Shown: positions 40,738 to 49,821, counted from the first letter of the stretch. The stretch: DNA of 64,000 bases from Thermodesulfobacteriota bacterium (GCA_039714595.1 JBDLJA010000003.1:64312-128311); one strand, 5' to 3'. Made by a program: numbers and translations. Notes: generated from the sequence alone by a model not told the origin.

Positions 40738-40885
40738 ATGCTCATTTATGCCCTTGGGGTACATATCACGAATATGCGAAGTTTATCCCCGCATGGGGGC
40801 TTTTTCTTTGCACTGTTCCTGGCCCTCGAACAGGTAAGCACCCTAAAGGGCATAAACGAGTTTAAGAGACTCCGAAACATCTAAT
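40738..40885. repeat. Intergenic structured repeat, copy E (internally inverted)
   Basis: 40831-40860 is the reverse complement of 51482-51511 at 29/30 nt. The flanking GAGACTCCG is the reverse complement of CGGAGTCTC. A degenerate inverted partner lies at 40741-40762. Confidence 0.8.
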
Positions 40886-40925
40886 TATTCAAGACACCCA
40901 CATGTCTGAAAGTGGTGGGTCTTGC

Positions 40926-41609
40926 CTAGATATCCATCTCGCCCTGGAGCCGTTTGAAAAAAATTGTCATGAAGTCGTGGCGCTCCTGGGCCAGTTGCTG
41001 GCCAAGGGGGGTGAGCATTCTCTCCTTCACCTTGCTCAGCTTCACCGTGAACTCGCGGAAGGCGGTGTCATCCATGCTGTACGCCTTGGTCCCGCTGGCA
41101 TCGTTATTTTCGTTGTGGAGCCGGGCGCCGATCTGGCCGGCAAAGAGGAAGGCGCGGCCAATGCCGATGGCGCCGATGGAGTCCAGCTTGTCGGCGTCAA
41201 AGAGGATCTTCTCCTCCAGGCTCACGGGGATATTGGTGCCCCGGAAACGGTGGCAGCGGATGGCCCGGCAGATCATCTCGATAAGGGCTGGGGCCAGGCC
41301 GAAATCGGCCAGGATGGCGGCAGCCATCTCCGCCCCCTGCTCGGCGTGGCAGATCTGGCCGCGGCTGGCGGTCTCGGCCTGGCGCCCGATGTCGTGGAGG
41401 ATGGCGGCCGGGGCCAGGATATCGGCCCTACCCCCCATCTGTCGGGCCATGGCCAGGGCGCTTCTTTCCACCCGGACACCATGATCGGGACCGTGGCAGC
41501 CGCCCTGGCTGTCACAGTGGGCCGCGGCCAGGGCGCGCAGCTCTCCCAGCATGGCGGGATCAAGCTGGCCAGGGAGCGTGGTGGTTGGCGGGGCGGCAAT
41601 GATGGTCAT
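40926..41609 (-). CDS. HD-domain phosphohydrolase
   Basis: 227 aa with H...HD motifs (HGPDH, AAILHDIGR). Confidence 0.75.
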   Translation of the reverse strand: MTIIAAPPTTTLPGQLDPAMLGELRALAAAHCDSQGGCHGPDHGVRVERSALAMARQMGGRADILAPAAILHDIGRQAETASRGQICHAEQGAEMAAAILADFGLAPALIEMICRAIRCHRFRGTNIPVSLEEKILFDADKLDSIGAIGIGRAFLFAGQIGARLHNENNDASGTKAYSMDDTAFREFTVKLSKVKERMLTPLGQQLAQERHDFMTIFFKRLQGEMDI

Positions 41610-41630
41610 GGGCGCGGGAGAATGGCCAGA

Positions 41631-42332
41631 TTAAAATTTGAAAAAGCCGAAGATCTGCAAGCGCAGCCAGTTGATGGCAGCCAGGAGCATCTCCTCGTCG
41701 CTGAGTTCTGCGGCCTGCTCCACCCGGCCCTGGCCCCGGAAGTCGTCCAGGTCGTAGAGGCAGGTGAGAAAGAGCTGGCGCTGCTCAGGCTTAGGTTGCA
41801 TGCCGCGGCCCAGGTCCGGGTGCTGGAGGATGGCCAGCATGGCGTCGTTGTGGCGGTTGTACTCCGTCAGCCCCTGGCCCGCGGTCCAGCTGGCAATGGT
41901 CTGGGGAACGTCTTCACTGAAGCCGTGGCAGTGCTCTTCTTTAATGATGACGTGGAAGGAGTCTGGCCTGCCGTCCGGACCATGGAAGGCGGCCCGGCCC
42001 AGGGGATAGGTGCGGCAGGGGGCGGGCCGGTGGGGGTAGACGGAGCAGCCGTCAGCTGAGACAAAGGGGCAGCTGGCCCGGCCGTCATCCACCATGGCCA
42101 GATAGACCCGGGGGAAGGGGGACTGGTCATCATCTTCCACCACCGCGTACTGCTCCAGGAACTGGCCGGTGGTTATCCCTAAGTGGCGGCAGAGCCGGAG
42201 GACATCGTAGGGGGTCAGGGCCAGTTCCAGCTCCCGGCAGCACTGGTTGAAACAGGGTACGCCGGGGTGACAGGCAAAGCTGAACTCTTCGTCATCGGCT
42301 AGTTGCCGAACATTTTCAGGTAGTTGGGTCAT
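41631..42332 (-). CDS. YkgJ-family Cys-cluster (Fe-S/Zn) protein
   Basis: 233 aa with the N-terminal cluster FACHPGVPCFNQCCRE plus downstream Cys residues. Confidence 0.7.
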   Translation of the reverse strand: MTQLPENVRQLADDEEFSFACHPGVPCFNQCCRELELALTPYDVLRLCRHLGITTGQFLEQYAVVEDDDQSPFPRVYLAMVDDGRASCPFVSADGCSVYPHRPAPCRTYPLGRAAFHGPDGRPDSFHVIIKEEHCHGFSEDVPQTIASWTAGQGLTEYNRHNDAMLAILQHPDLGRGMQPKPEQRQLFLTCLYDLDDFRGQGRVEQAAELSDEEMLLAAINWLRLQIFGFFKF

Positions 42333-42397
42333 CTTCAGGCAACATTTTTTTACTGGTTCTGTTCAGGTTTAAATGAAGAAAAGTAGCTTCCTTCGAT

Positions 42398-44977
42398 TTA
42401 CCTCTCCTTTGCTGTTCCCCTAGGCGACTGTTTTTTGCGCCACAGGTAGAGGAGGGGGCTGGCCACGAAGATCGACGAGTAGGTGCCCACGCCGATGCCG
42501 GCCAGGAGGGCAAAGGAGAAGTCGTGGATCACCGAGCCGCCCAGGGTGAAGAGGGCCATCAGGACCAGGGCCGAGGTGAGCGAGGTGACAAAGGTTCGGC
42601 TCAACACCTCATTGATGGAGAGGTTGATGAGGGCCCCAAAGTCGCCCTTGCCGTCCTTCTTGCGCATGTTCTCCCTGATCCGGTCGAAGACCACCACCGA
42701 GTCGTTGAGGGAGTAGCCGGCCAGGGTGAGAAGGGCCGTGACGATGAGCAGGGTTATCTCCAGCTGAAAGAGATAGCAGATGCCCAGGACAGCCAGCACG
42801 TCGTGGAAGGTGGCAATGGCCGCGGCAAAGCCGAAGCGCAGGTCAAAGCGCAGGGCCAGGTAGCAGATAACGCCGATTAGCGAGATGAGAATGGCCTGGA
42901 TCGCCTTGTTGCGCAGCATGGAGCTCACCGAGGAGCCGATCTCGGTCTGGCTCTCCAGGGAAAAGTTGGTGTCCGGCATCTTCTCGGCCAGCAGGGAGGA
43001 GACAATGGTGGCGTCGTCGCCCACCACCGCCTCTGATTTCTTGATCTTGACGATGAGGCGGTTCTCGCCGGAGATCGGCTGTAGATCATAATCACTCAAC
43101 ACCTTACGCACGTCGGCCAGCTGGAATTCCTTGTCCGCCTTATACTGGAGCATGGCCCCGCCGGCGAAATCCACCCCCAGGTTGCCCTGGCCCCGGCCGA
43201 TCTGGACCATGGCGATTAAGCCCAGGCAGACCATGACGCCGGAGATGGCAAAGGTGACCTTGCGGACGGCCATATAATCTATGCTGGGCCGCTTGAACAC
43301 CTGCATGAAGGCGATGGGCTTAAGTTTGCGCCGGTCGTAGAGGACATCGTAGACCAACCGGGTGGCAAAGAGGGTGGTGAACAGGTTGAAGGTGACACCC
43401 AGAGACAAGGTCACGGCAAAGCCCTTGATGGGGCCGGTGCCGAAGAGGAAGAGGGCCAGGGCGGTGATAAGCGTCGTTACCTGGGAGTCGACAATGGTCC
43501 AGAACGCCTTGCTGTAACCACCCTCCACCGCCGAGCGCGTCGATTTGCCTAAGCCGAACTCCTCGCGCATCCTCTCAAAGATCAAGACGTTGGAGTCCAC
43601 CGCCATGCCGATGGAGAGGATGATGCCGGCGATGCCGGGCAGGGTCAGGGTGGCCTGGAGTACGGCCAGGCCGGTGAAGACAAAGAGGATATTTAAGAGC
43701 AGGGCGGCCACGGCGATGACGCCGGAGAGGCGGTAGTAGACGATCATGAAGAGCAGGACCAGGGCCGTGCCCAGCAGGCCGGAGGAGACGCCCTTCTGGA
43801 TGGAGTCTTTGCCTAAGGAGGCGCCCACGTTCATCTCCTGGACGATGTCCACCGGGGCGGGCAGGGCGCCCACCCGCAGGACAATGGCCAGGTCGTTGGC
43901 GTCCTCATAGGTGAAGCTGCCGGTGATCATGGCGCTGCCGCCGAGGATCTTCGACTGGATATTGGGGGCGGAACGGACCACGTTGTCCAGGACAATGGCC
44001 AGCCGCTCGTTGATATGCTTGCCGGTGATGTCGCCGAACACCTTGGCGCCGCGGCCGGTGAGGTCCAGGCTGACGTACGGCTCGTTGAAGTTGCCGCCGA
44101 TGCGCACCGAGGCGTCCTTGACCATCTCGCCGGTCATCAGGATCTGTTTGTGGAGGAGCAGGGGGATGAGGCGCTCGGCCCCGGTCTCGCTGTCCACCTC
44201 CTTTTCAAAGTAGACCTCGGTCTCGGCCGGCAGCTGACGGGCCAGCAGTTCGTTGAGCTGCTGCCGGTCACCGCTCTCCATGTCATACTTGCCGCTGGCC
44301 ACCAATTGGTCGATGAGGCCGGGGAGGGCGCTTGTGCCAGGGCCATCCACCAGCTTGAACTCCAGCTGGGCCGTCTTGCCGATGAGCCCCTTGGCCCGGG
44401 CGGGGTCTTCAATCCCGGGGAGCTGGACGATCACCTCGTCGGTCCCCTGGCGGATGATCACCGGTTCGGTGACGCCAAACTGGTCAATGCGGTTACGGAT
44501 GATCTCCAACGACTGGTTTACCGCGTTGTCATTAATGAAGTCTATTCGTTCCTGGCTCAAGGTGAGGAAGAGGCGGGGGAAGTCGCCCTCTGCCTCGCTT
44601 TGCAGGCGCAGGTTGGGGAAATCCTCCTTGACGATATCCTCAATGGCGGTCAGGGAACCCTTGTTGGGCAGGGTGAAGAGGACCTTGTGATTGTCGCCCG
44701 AATCCATCTTCACCACGGTGATCTTATCGTCCCGTAGCTGATTTTTCAGGTCGTCGGTGGCAAAGGTCAGCGAGTTCTCAATGGCCTTGTCCAGGTTGAC
44801 CTTGAGGACCACGTGCATGCCGCCCTGGAGATCAAGGCCCTTATGCAGTCCCTCAGGGGCCAGATACTTCTTCCACCAGCCCGGGACCCCGGCGTAAAGG
44901 GACGGCATCAGGGTGATGCCGGCATAGGCGATGAGGGCGGCGAGGAAGACGATCTTCCACTTAAGAGTCTTGTTCAT
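42398..44977 (-). CDS. secDF: Protein translocase subunit SecDF (fused)
   Basis: 859 aa. One TM helix, a large periplasmic domain and 5 TM helices (SecD), followed by a second 6-TM SecF-like unit. Confidence 0.9.
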   Translation of the reverse strand: MNKTLKWKIVFLAALIAYAGITLMPSLYAGVPGWWKKYLAPEGLHKGLDLQGGMHVVLKVNLDKAIENSLTFATDDLKNQLRDDKITVVKMDSGDNHKVLFTLPNKGSLTAIEDIVKEDFPNLRLQSEAEGDFPRLFLTLSQERIDFINDNAVNQSLEIIRNRIDQFGVTEPVIIRQGTDEVIVQLPGIEDPARAKGLIGKTAQLEFKLVDGPGTSALPGLIDQLVASGKYDMESGDRQQLNELLARQLPAETEVYFEKEVDSETGAERLIPLLLHKQILMTGEMVKDASVRIGGNFNEPYVSLDLTGRGAKVFGDITGKHINERLAIVLDNVVRSAPNIQSKILGGSAMITGSFTYEDANDLAIVLRVGALPAPVDIVQEMNVGASLGKDSIQKGVSSGLLGTALVLLFMIVYYRLSGVIAVAALLLNILFVFTGLAVLQATLTLPGIAGIILSIGMAVDSNVLIFERMREEFGLGKSTRSAVEGGYSKAFWTIVDSQVTTLITALALFLFGTGPIKGFAVTLSLGVTFNLFTTLFATRLVYDVLYDRRKLKPIAFMQVFKRPSIDYMAVRKVTFAISGVMVCLGLIAMVQIGRGQGNLGVDFAGGAMLQYKADKEFQLADVRKVLSDYDLQPISGENRLIVKIKKSEAVVGDDATIVSSLLAEKMPDTNFSLESQTEIGSSVSSMLRNKAIQAILISLIGVICYLALRFDLRFGFAAAIATFHDVLAVLGICYLFQLEITLLIVTALLTLAGYSLNDSVVVFDRIRENMRKKDGKGDFGALINLSINEVLSRTFVTSLTSALVLMALFTLGGSVIHDFSFALLAGIGVGTYSSIFVASPLLYLWRKKQSPRGTAKER

Positions 44978-45236
44978 ATCAGCAGACCTTGAGAATAATT
45001 TTCAAAAGCGGCGGGCAGACGGGAGTAAGGGAGTAGATTAAGGAAAAAAGTCGCGAAATTATACTCGAAAGAGCGGGGATGTCAAACTAACTTCCATCTA
45101 TAGATGGGGAAGCGGTAAGCGCCAGGGGTAAATATTTTCGGGGCCAGGGGCGGCTAGATCATCTTTTTTGCGGACCCATTCGCCCTGTGGCCCTACATCC
45201 CTTTATTTTTAAGGGATTCCTGTTATAGTTTTTTCT

Positions 45237-46916
45237 ATGGGAGAAGAGTGGAGCTATAGTGAGCTGATCGACCTGGAGTATTTCCTGGCCTTGGACCGCG
45301 ATGATGATCCTGCCCACCAGGCCCAGCTGCGCCGGCGGGACCGGGACTTTTTTCTGGCCAATTTCCCTGACCCGGACAGCTCGCCGCCGGGCCGGCCTGT
45401 TCCTACTCGGCCAGAGGCGTCCCCCGCCGGAGACGATCAGAGACACTGCCCCGGGCCGGAGGAGCAAAAAATTCTCAAGGGCTGGCTTGGTTTTCGCGCC
45501 GGTGAGGAGTTACGGGACGGCAACATCCTGCCCGGCCGCCTCTTCGCCGAGGTTTACCGCCTGGCCCTCTTTGCCGCCCTGCTTGCCGGCGGCCTGAGCG
45601 GGATTGTCATGGCCGCGGCCCTCCTCAGCTACAGCGGCATCCGGCCGGTTAATGTCTTTGTCTATCTCTTCTGCTTTGTGATCTTGCAGCTCTTTCTCCT
45701 CCTTCTTCTCCCCCTCTCCCTGGCCCATGCCAACTGGTCAGGCCCTTCTGGGCTGAAGAGGCACCCCTTTCCCCTCTTAAGCGGTCTCTTCGCCTCCCTC
45801 CTGCTGAAACTGTTCAGGCGGGGCTGCCGCAGCTTTAAGGGCTCCTTCTCTGGCAGCCGGCGCCAGAGCCTGGAGGAGATTATCGGCCTGCTCAAGGGGG
45901 CTAACCGGGTGTATGGCCGGCTTTTTATCTGGCCCGCGGTTATCATCGGCCAGCTCTTCGGCCTGATGTTTCAGCTGGGGGTCATCCTGGCCACCCTCTT
46001 TCAGGTCTTGACCCGGGACCTTGCCTTTGGCTGGCAGTCCACCCTGCAACTAAGCGATGCGGCGGTTTTCAGCTTTGTCAGGGGGGTGGCCCTCCCCTGG
46101 TCCTGGCTCTTCGGGCCGGGTAGCGGTTATCCTGATCTTGGCCAGGTCACGGGCAGCAGGATTGTCTTGAAAGACGGGATCGCCGGTCTCCTCACCGCCG
46201 ATCTCTCCGCCTGGTGGCCCTTTCTCTGCCTCACTGTTTTTTTCTACGCCCTTCTGCCCCGTATCCTGCTCCTGGCCGGGAGCAGGTTTTTCGAGCAGGG
46301 CGACCTGCGGGGCCTGCGCTTGAACCATGGCAAGGTGGCATCCCTGCTGCAACGGATGCGCACCCCCCGGCTGGCCACGGCGGGCCGCGGGCCAGGGAGG
46401 GGGAAGGCGGAGAGGCTGGAGCCGGCCGGGCCGGAGCCGCTGCCAGAAGAGGCCGCCCCGCCGGCGGATAGTGGCCCGGCGGCGGCCGGGGTCACGGTGC
46501 TGATCCCCGACGATCTCTTTAAGCAGTGCCGCGGCCCAGCCTATGACCATTTTCTTGAGATTATCACCGGGAGCCTGGAGAAAAATCGCCACCGTTTTGG
46601 GGTTGACCTGGACAGTGACGCCAGGCTCATTGCCCAGCTGCGGGAAGAGGGGGTGTCCGGCCAGCCCGGGGTGGTGATCCTGGCCGAGGCCTGGCTGCCG
46701 CCCATCACCGACACCCTGGACTTCCTGGGCCGGCTGCGGCAGGCCCTGGGGGATGGGGTGGCGCTGCTGGTGGGTCTGGTGGGCAAACCGGAAGAGACGA
46801 TTTTCACACCACCGGCGGCCACGGATCTGGCAATCTGGCGCCGGAGACTGAACAGTCTGGCTGATCCCTGGCTGCGGGTGGAACCGTTCCCGGCCGAAGA
46901 GACGGAGGAAAAGTGA
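45237..46916 (+). CDS. DUF2868-like polytopic membrane protein
   Basis: 559 aa with several TM helices, a Pro/Gly/Arg-rich linker and a C-terminal soluble domain. Stop overlaps the start of the GTPase gene. Confidence 0.6.
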   Translation: MGEEWSYSELIDLEYFLALDRDDDPAHQAQLRRRDRDFFLANFPDPDSSPPGRPVPTRPEASPAGDDQRHCPGPEEQKILKGWLGFRAGEELRDGNILPGRLFAEVYRLALFAALLAGGLSGIVMAAALLSYSGIRPVNVFVYLFCFVILQLFLLLLLPLSLAHANWSGPSGLKRHPFPLLSGLFASLLLKLFRRGCRSFKGSFSGSRRQSLEEIIGLLKGANRVYGRLFIWPAVIIGQLFGLMFQLGVILATLFQVLTRDLAFGWQSTLQLSDAAVFSFVRGVALPWSWLFGPGSGYPDLGQVTGSRIVLKDGIAGLLTADLSAWWPFLCLTVFFYALLPRILLLAGSRFFEQGDLRGLRLNHGKVASLLQRMRTPRLATAGRGPGRGKAERLEPAGPEPLPEEAAPPADSGPAAAGVTVLIPDDLFKQCRGPAYDHFLEIITGSLEKNRHRFGVDLDSDARLIAQLREEGVSGQPGVVILAEAWLPPITDTLDFLGRLRQALGDGVALLVGLVGKPEETIFTPPAATDLAIWRRRLNSLADPWLRVEPFPAEETEEK

Positions 46917-48322
46917 TGGTGCCAGAATTCGCGGTGGTGGGCCACCCCAACGAGGGCAAGTCTTCGGTTCTCTCTACTCTGGCCGAGGATGATTCGGTGC
47001 GGGTCAGTCCCTTGCCTGGCGAGACCGTGGAGTGTCGGCCTTTTCCGGTGGTGATCGACGGGCGGGAGGTGATTCGTTTCACCGATACGCCGGGCTTTCA
47101 AAATCCGCGTAAGGTCCTGCAGATCCTTGAGGGTTATGGGGGGGGGCAACCCTTCGGTCGTCTGCTGGCGGAGCATGGCCACGACCCCGCCCTCCAGGAT
47201 GACTGTGAGCTCCTCGCCCCCCTGGTGGCCGGGGCCGGGATCATCTATGTGGTGGACGGCTCCCGGCCCATCCGTAACGTGGACCGGGCGGAGATGGAGA
47301 TCCTGCGCCTCACCGGCCGGCCGCGGCTGGCGATCATCAACGCCAAGGATGATCGCCACGACTTTTCCCACCAGTGGCGCGACGAGTTCCGGCGCAGCTT
47401 TAATTCGGTGCGCATCTTTAACGCCCACCGGGCCACCTACCGGGAGCGCATTGAGCTGCTCCAGGCCTTAAAACATATCGAGCAGGATTGGCTGGTCCCC
47501 CTGGAGTCGGTGATCGCGGCCTTTGAGGAGGAGTGGCACTATCGCAGCGAACAGGTGGTGGAGATCATCTCCTCCCTGCTCCGTCACTGCCTGGCCTACC
47601 GGCTTGGCGCCACCCCGGAGCCGGGTAGTGATGAGCAGGCCCTGCGGAAAAAATTGGCCGCCAGGTATAACCGTCATATCTCCCAAAAGGAGAAAGAGGC
47701 CCACAGCCAGATCAGGCGTCTCCATAAGCATAATATCTTCCAGCTCAGCCTGCCGCCCGCCTCCATCCTGGAGCATGATCTGTTCAATGAAAGGACCTGG
47801 CAGTTTCTGGGGCTGGACAAGGGGCAACTGGTGGTGGCCGGGGGCTTGAGCGGGGCCGCCATCGGGGCCGGGCTGGACCTTGCCGCGGGCGGGGTCAGCT
47901 TCGGACTCTTTTCCGCCCTGGGCGGCCTGGCCGGGATGGCGGCCACCGGTCTTGGCGGCCGGGAACTGCTGAGGGGACGCAGGGTTCTGGGAATGAGGCT
48001 GGACGGAGAGGAGATCCGGGTGGGGCCCCACGCCAATCCCCAGTTTCTCTTCATCCTCCTGGATCGGGCCCTGCTCTACTACGAACATGTGGTCAACTGG
48101 GCCCATGGCCGGCGGGAGCAGGCGCCTTCCCCCGATGAGAGCGGCCTGGCGGACGGTTATACCAGGCACTGGCCGGCCGGGCGGCGGGAGCTGTGCGCCC
48201 GCTATTTTCGGGAGGTGACTAAGGGCGGGGCGGCGGAACTAAAGACCGATCAGCAGATGCGTGACCTGCTCCGCCAGGAGCTGGCCGCCATATCGAACCA
48301 GGAGTACCGGGGGATAAGATGA
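46913..48322 (+). CDS. GTPase with DUF3482-like C-terminal region and Gly-zipper membrane hairpin
   Basis: 469 aa with G1 GHPNEGKS, G3 DTPG and G4-like NAKD. C-terminal Gly-rich hydrophobic hairpin (GGLSGAAIGAGLDLAAGGVSFGLFSALGGLAGMAATGLGG). Confidence 0.7.
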   Translation: MMVPEFAVVGHPNEGKSSVLSTLAEDDSVRVSPLPGETVECRPFPVVIDGREVIRFTDTPGFQNPRKVLQILEGYGGGQPFGRLLAEHGHDPALQDDCELLAPLVAGAGIIYVVDGSRPIRNVDRAEMEILRLTGRPRLAIINAKDDRHDFSHQWRDEFRRSFNSVRIFNAHRATYRERIELLQALKHIEQDWLVPLESVIAAFEEEWHYRSEQVVEIISSLLRHCLAYRLGATPEPGSDEQALRKKLAARYNRHISQKEKEAHSQIRRLHKHNIFQLSLPPASILEHDLFNERTWQFLGLDKGQLVVAGGLSGAAIGAGLDLAAGGVSFGLFSALGGLAGMAATGLGGRELLRGRRVLGMRLDGEEIRVGPHANPQFLFILLDRALLYYEHVVNWAHGRREQAPSPDESGLADGYTRHWPAGRRELCARYFREVTKGGAAELKTDQQMRDLLRQELAAISNQEYRGIR

Positions 48323-48655
48323 GGAGGCTAGCCTGGCCAGGGGGGGCAAAAAGGGGCGCGAAGCGATCTTTTTGCGTGGACGGACAGGGGAAAATTGGCT
48401 AATAACAATTCTTTCTGGGGGGGGGCTTTGCGCCTTTGCGCTAGCCTTTTAGCGGATCTGCAGTTGGCAAAGTTATTCTCTACAAGGCACCCCTCAAGTT
48501 TCAGCCAGTGAAAGCAGGTAGTAGCTCTGCTGATGCTGGGCCATTCAGGTAATTAATAGAGGCGGCAACTCTCCGAATTGCTTTTGTCTCCGGTTGTGCG
48601 GCAGGCCGGATGAAGATTTGTGCTAATCATAAAAAAAAGATAAGGGTCATAAGGT

Positions 48656-49249
48656 ATGCGGGATCAAACAGAAAATATCGGCGATTGCCAGCTCCACTTC
48701 CTCCAGGACGGGGGTAAAGGCAAGGCGGATCTGCTTTTCCTCCATGGCATGAAGTTTCAGGCCGCCACCTGGTCAGAGCTTGGCACCCTGGCCAAGATGG
48801 CGGCCGAGGGTTACCGGGCCACGGCCCTGGACCTCCCCGGTTTCGGCCTGTCACCGGCGGCCGAGGCGGACCCTCTGGAGGTGGTAAGGAACTTTATTGA
48901 TAGTCAGGGGCTGGAGAAGACGATCCTGGTGGGACCCTCCATGGGGGGGCGGGTGGCCCTGGAGTTTGCCCTGGCAAACCCCGGTCTCCTGGCCGGCCTG
49001 GTCCTGGTGGGGGCTGTGGGGGTGGAGGAGAACCGCCAGCGCCTGGCCGAGATCAAGGTGCCCACCCTGATAATCTGGGGCGGCGAAGACGCCATCTCCC
49101 CGGTCAGCAATGGTCACCTGCTGGATAAAGAGATCGAGAACAGCCAGCTGCTCATCATCGACTCCGCCCCCCATCCCTGTTACCTGGAAGAGCCGGATAT
49201 CTTTCACTGGGAGTTGACCAATTTTCTGGCCGAGAACTTCGGGATCTGA
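48656..49249 (+). CDS. Alpha/beta-fold hydrolase
   Basis: 197 aa with an HG oxyanion motif and the nucleophile elbow GPSMGG. Confidence 0.75.
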   Translation: MRDQTENIGDCQLHFLQDGGKGKADLLFLHGMKFQAATWSELGTLAKMAAEGYRATALDLPGFGLSPAAEADPLEVVRNFIDSQGLEKTILVGPSMGGRVALEFALANPGLLAGLVLVGAVGVEENRQRLAEIKVPTLIIWGGEDAISPVSNGHLLDKEIENSQLLIIDSAPHPCYLEEPDIFHWELTNFLAENFGI

Positions 49250-49443
49250 GATTTCCCTTATCACCTGAAAAAAATGGTCTGTTAACCCTAATTGCAGTAC
49301 ACTTCCAGGTAATCGTGGGCCCGCGGGCTGACAGGGGGCCGGTTGTCTCTGCCCCCTGAACTGATAAGGGGCTGCCCCCTCGGTCCCCCCCAATAATAAG
49401 TGCCCTGGGCCCTGTTAAGATCAAATCTAACCCCGCCAATACT

Positions 49444-49821
49444 ATGCGCTCTGTCCACAGTTCCCTGGATGATATGTCCAGCCTGGAAAAGGCCCGCCTC
49501 CTCAGTCGGACCGCCCTGGCCGCCAAGGCCGAGGAGTTGGTCATCCTCGATGTCCGGCAGCTCTCTTCCTTTGCCGATTATTTTGTTATCATGAGCGGCC
49601 GCTCCACCCGCCATGTCCAGGGTCTGGCCGAGGCCGTGGGCCAGACGGTGCGCCACAAGCGCTTGACCGGCAATAACTGCGAGGGCTTGAGTGAGGGCCA
49701 CTGGGTGCTCCTTGACTACGATGATGTGGTGGTCCATATCTTCTACCATGAGTCGCGGGGCTTCTATGACCTGGAAGGGTTGTGGCACGATGCCCCCCGG
49801 GTAGAGGTGGGGCATGAGTGA
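49444..49821 (+). CDS. rsfS: Ribosomal silencing factor RsfS
   Basis: 125 aa, ILDVRQLSSFADYFVIMSGRSTRHVQ. The start could instead be the internal ATG at MSSLEKA. Confidence 0.85.
   Translation: MRSVHSSLDDMSSLEKARLLSRTALAAKAEELVILDVRQLSSFADYFVIMSGRSTRHVQGLAEAVGQTVRHKRLTGNNCEGLSEGHWVLLDYDDVVVHIFYHESRGFYDLEGLWHDAPRVEVGHE

Noticed and set aside
40696-40884. 62-aa plus-strand ORF in the HD-tatC gap.
   Set aside because: It lies entirely within intergenic repeat copy E. It has no RBS, and its sequence is explained by the repeat.
40902-42059. 385-aa ORF on the plus strand spanning the HD-hydrolase and YkgJ genes in antisense.
   Set aside because: It crosses an intergenic gap of two well-supported minus-strand genes. 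Its composition is the Gly/Ala/Pro/Arg-rich pattern typical of GC-rich antisense artefacts, and it has no motifs.
42316-42513. 65-aa minus-strand ORF bridging the secDF 3' end and the ykgJ start, including a 9-codon upstream mini-ORF (MLPEDDPTT).
   Set aside because: It overlaps the well-supported secDF C-terminus in another frame. It has no RBS or conservation signal that I can see.
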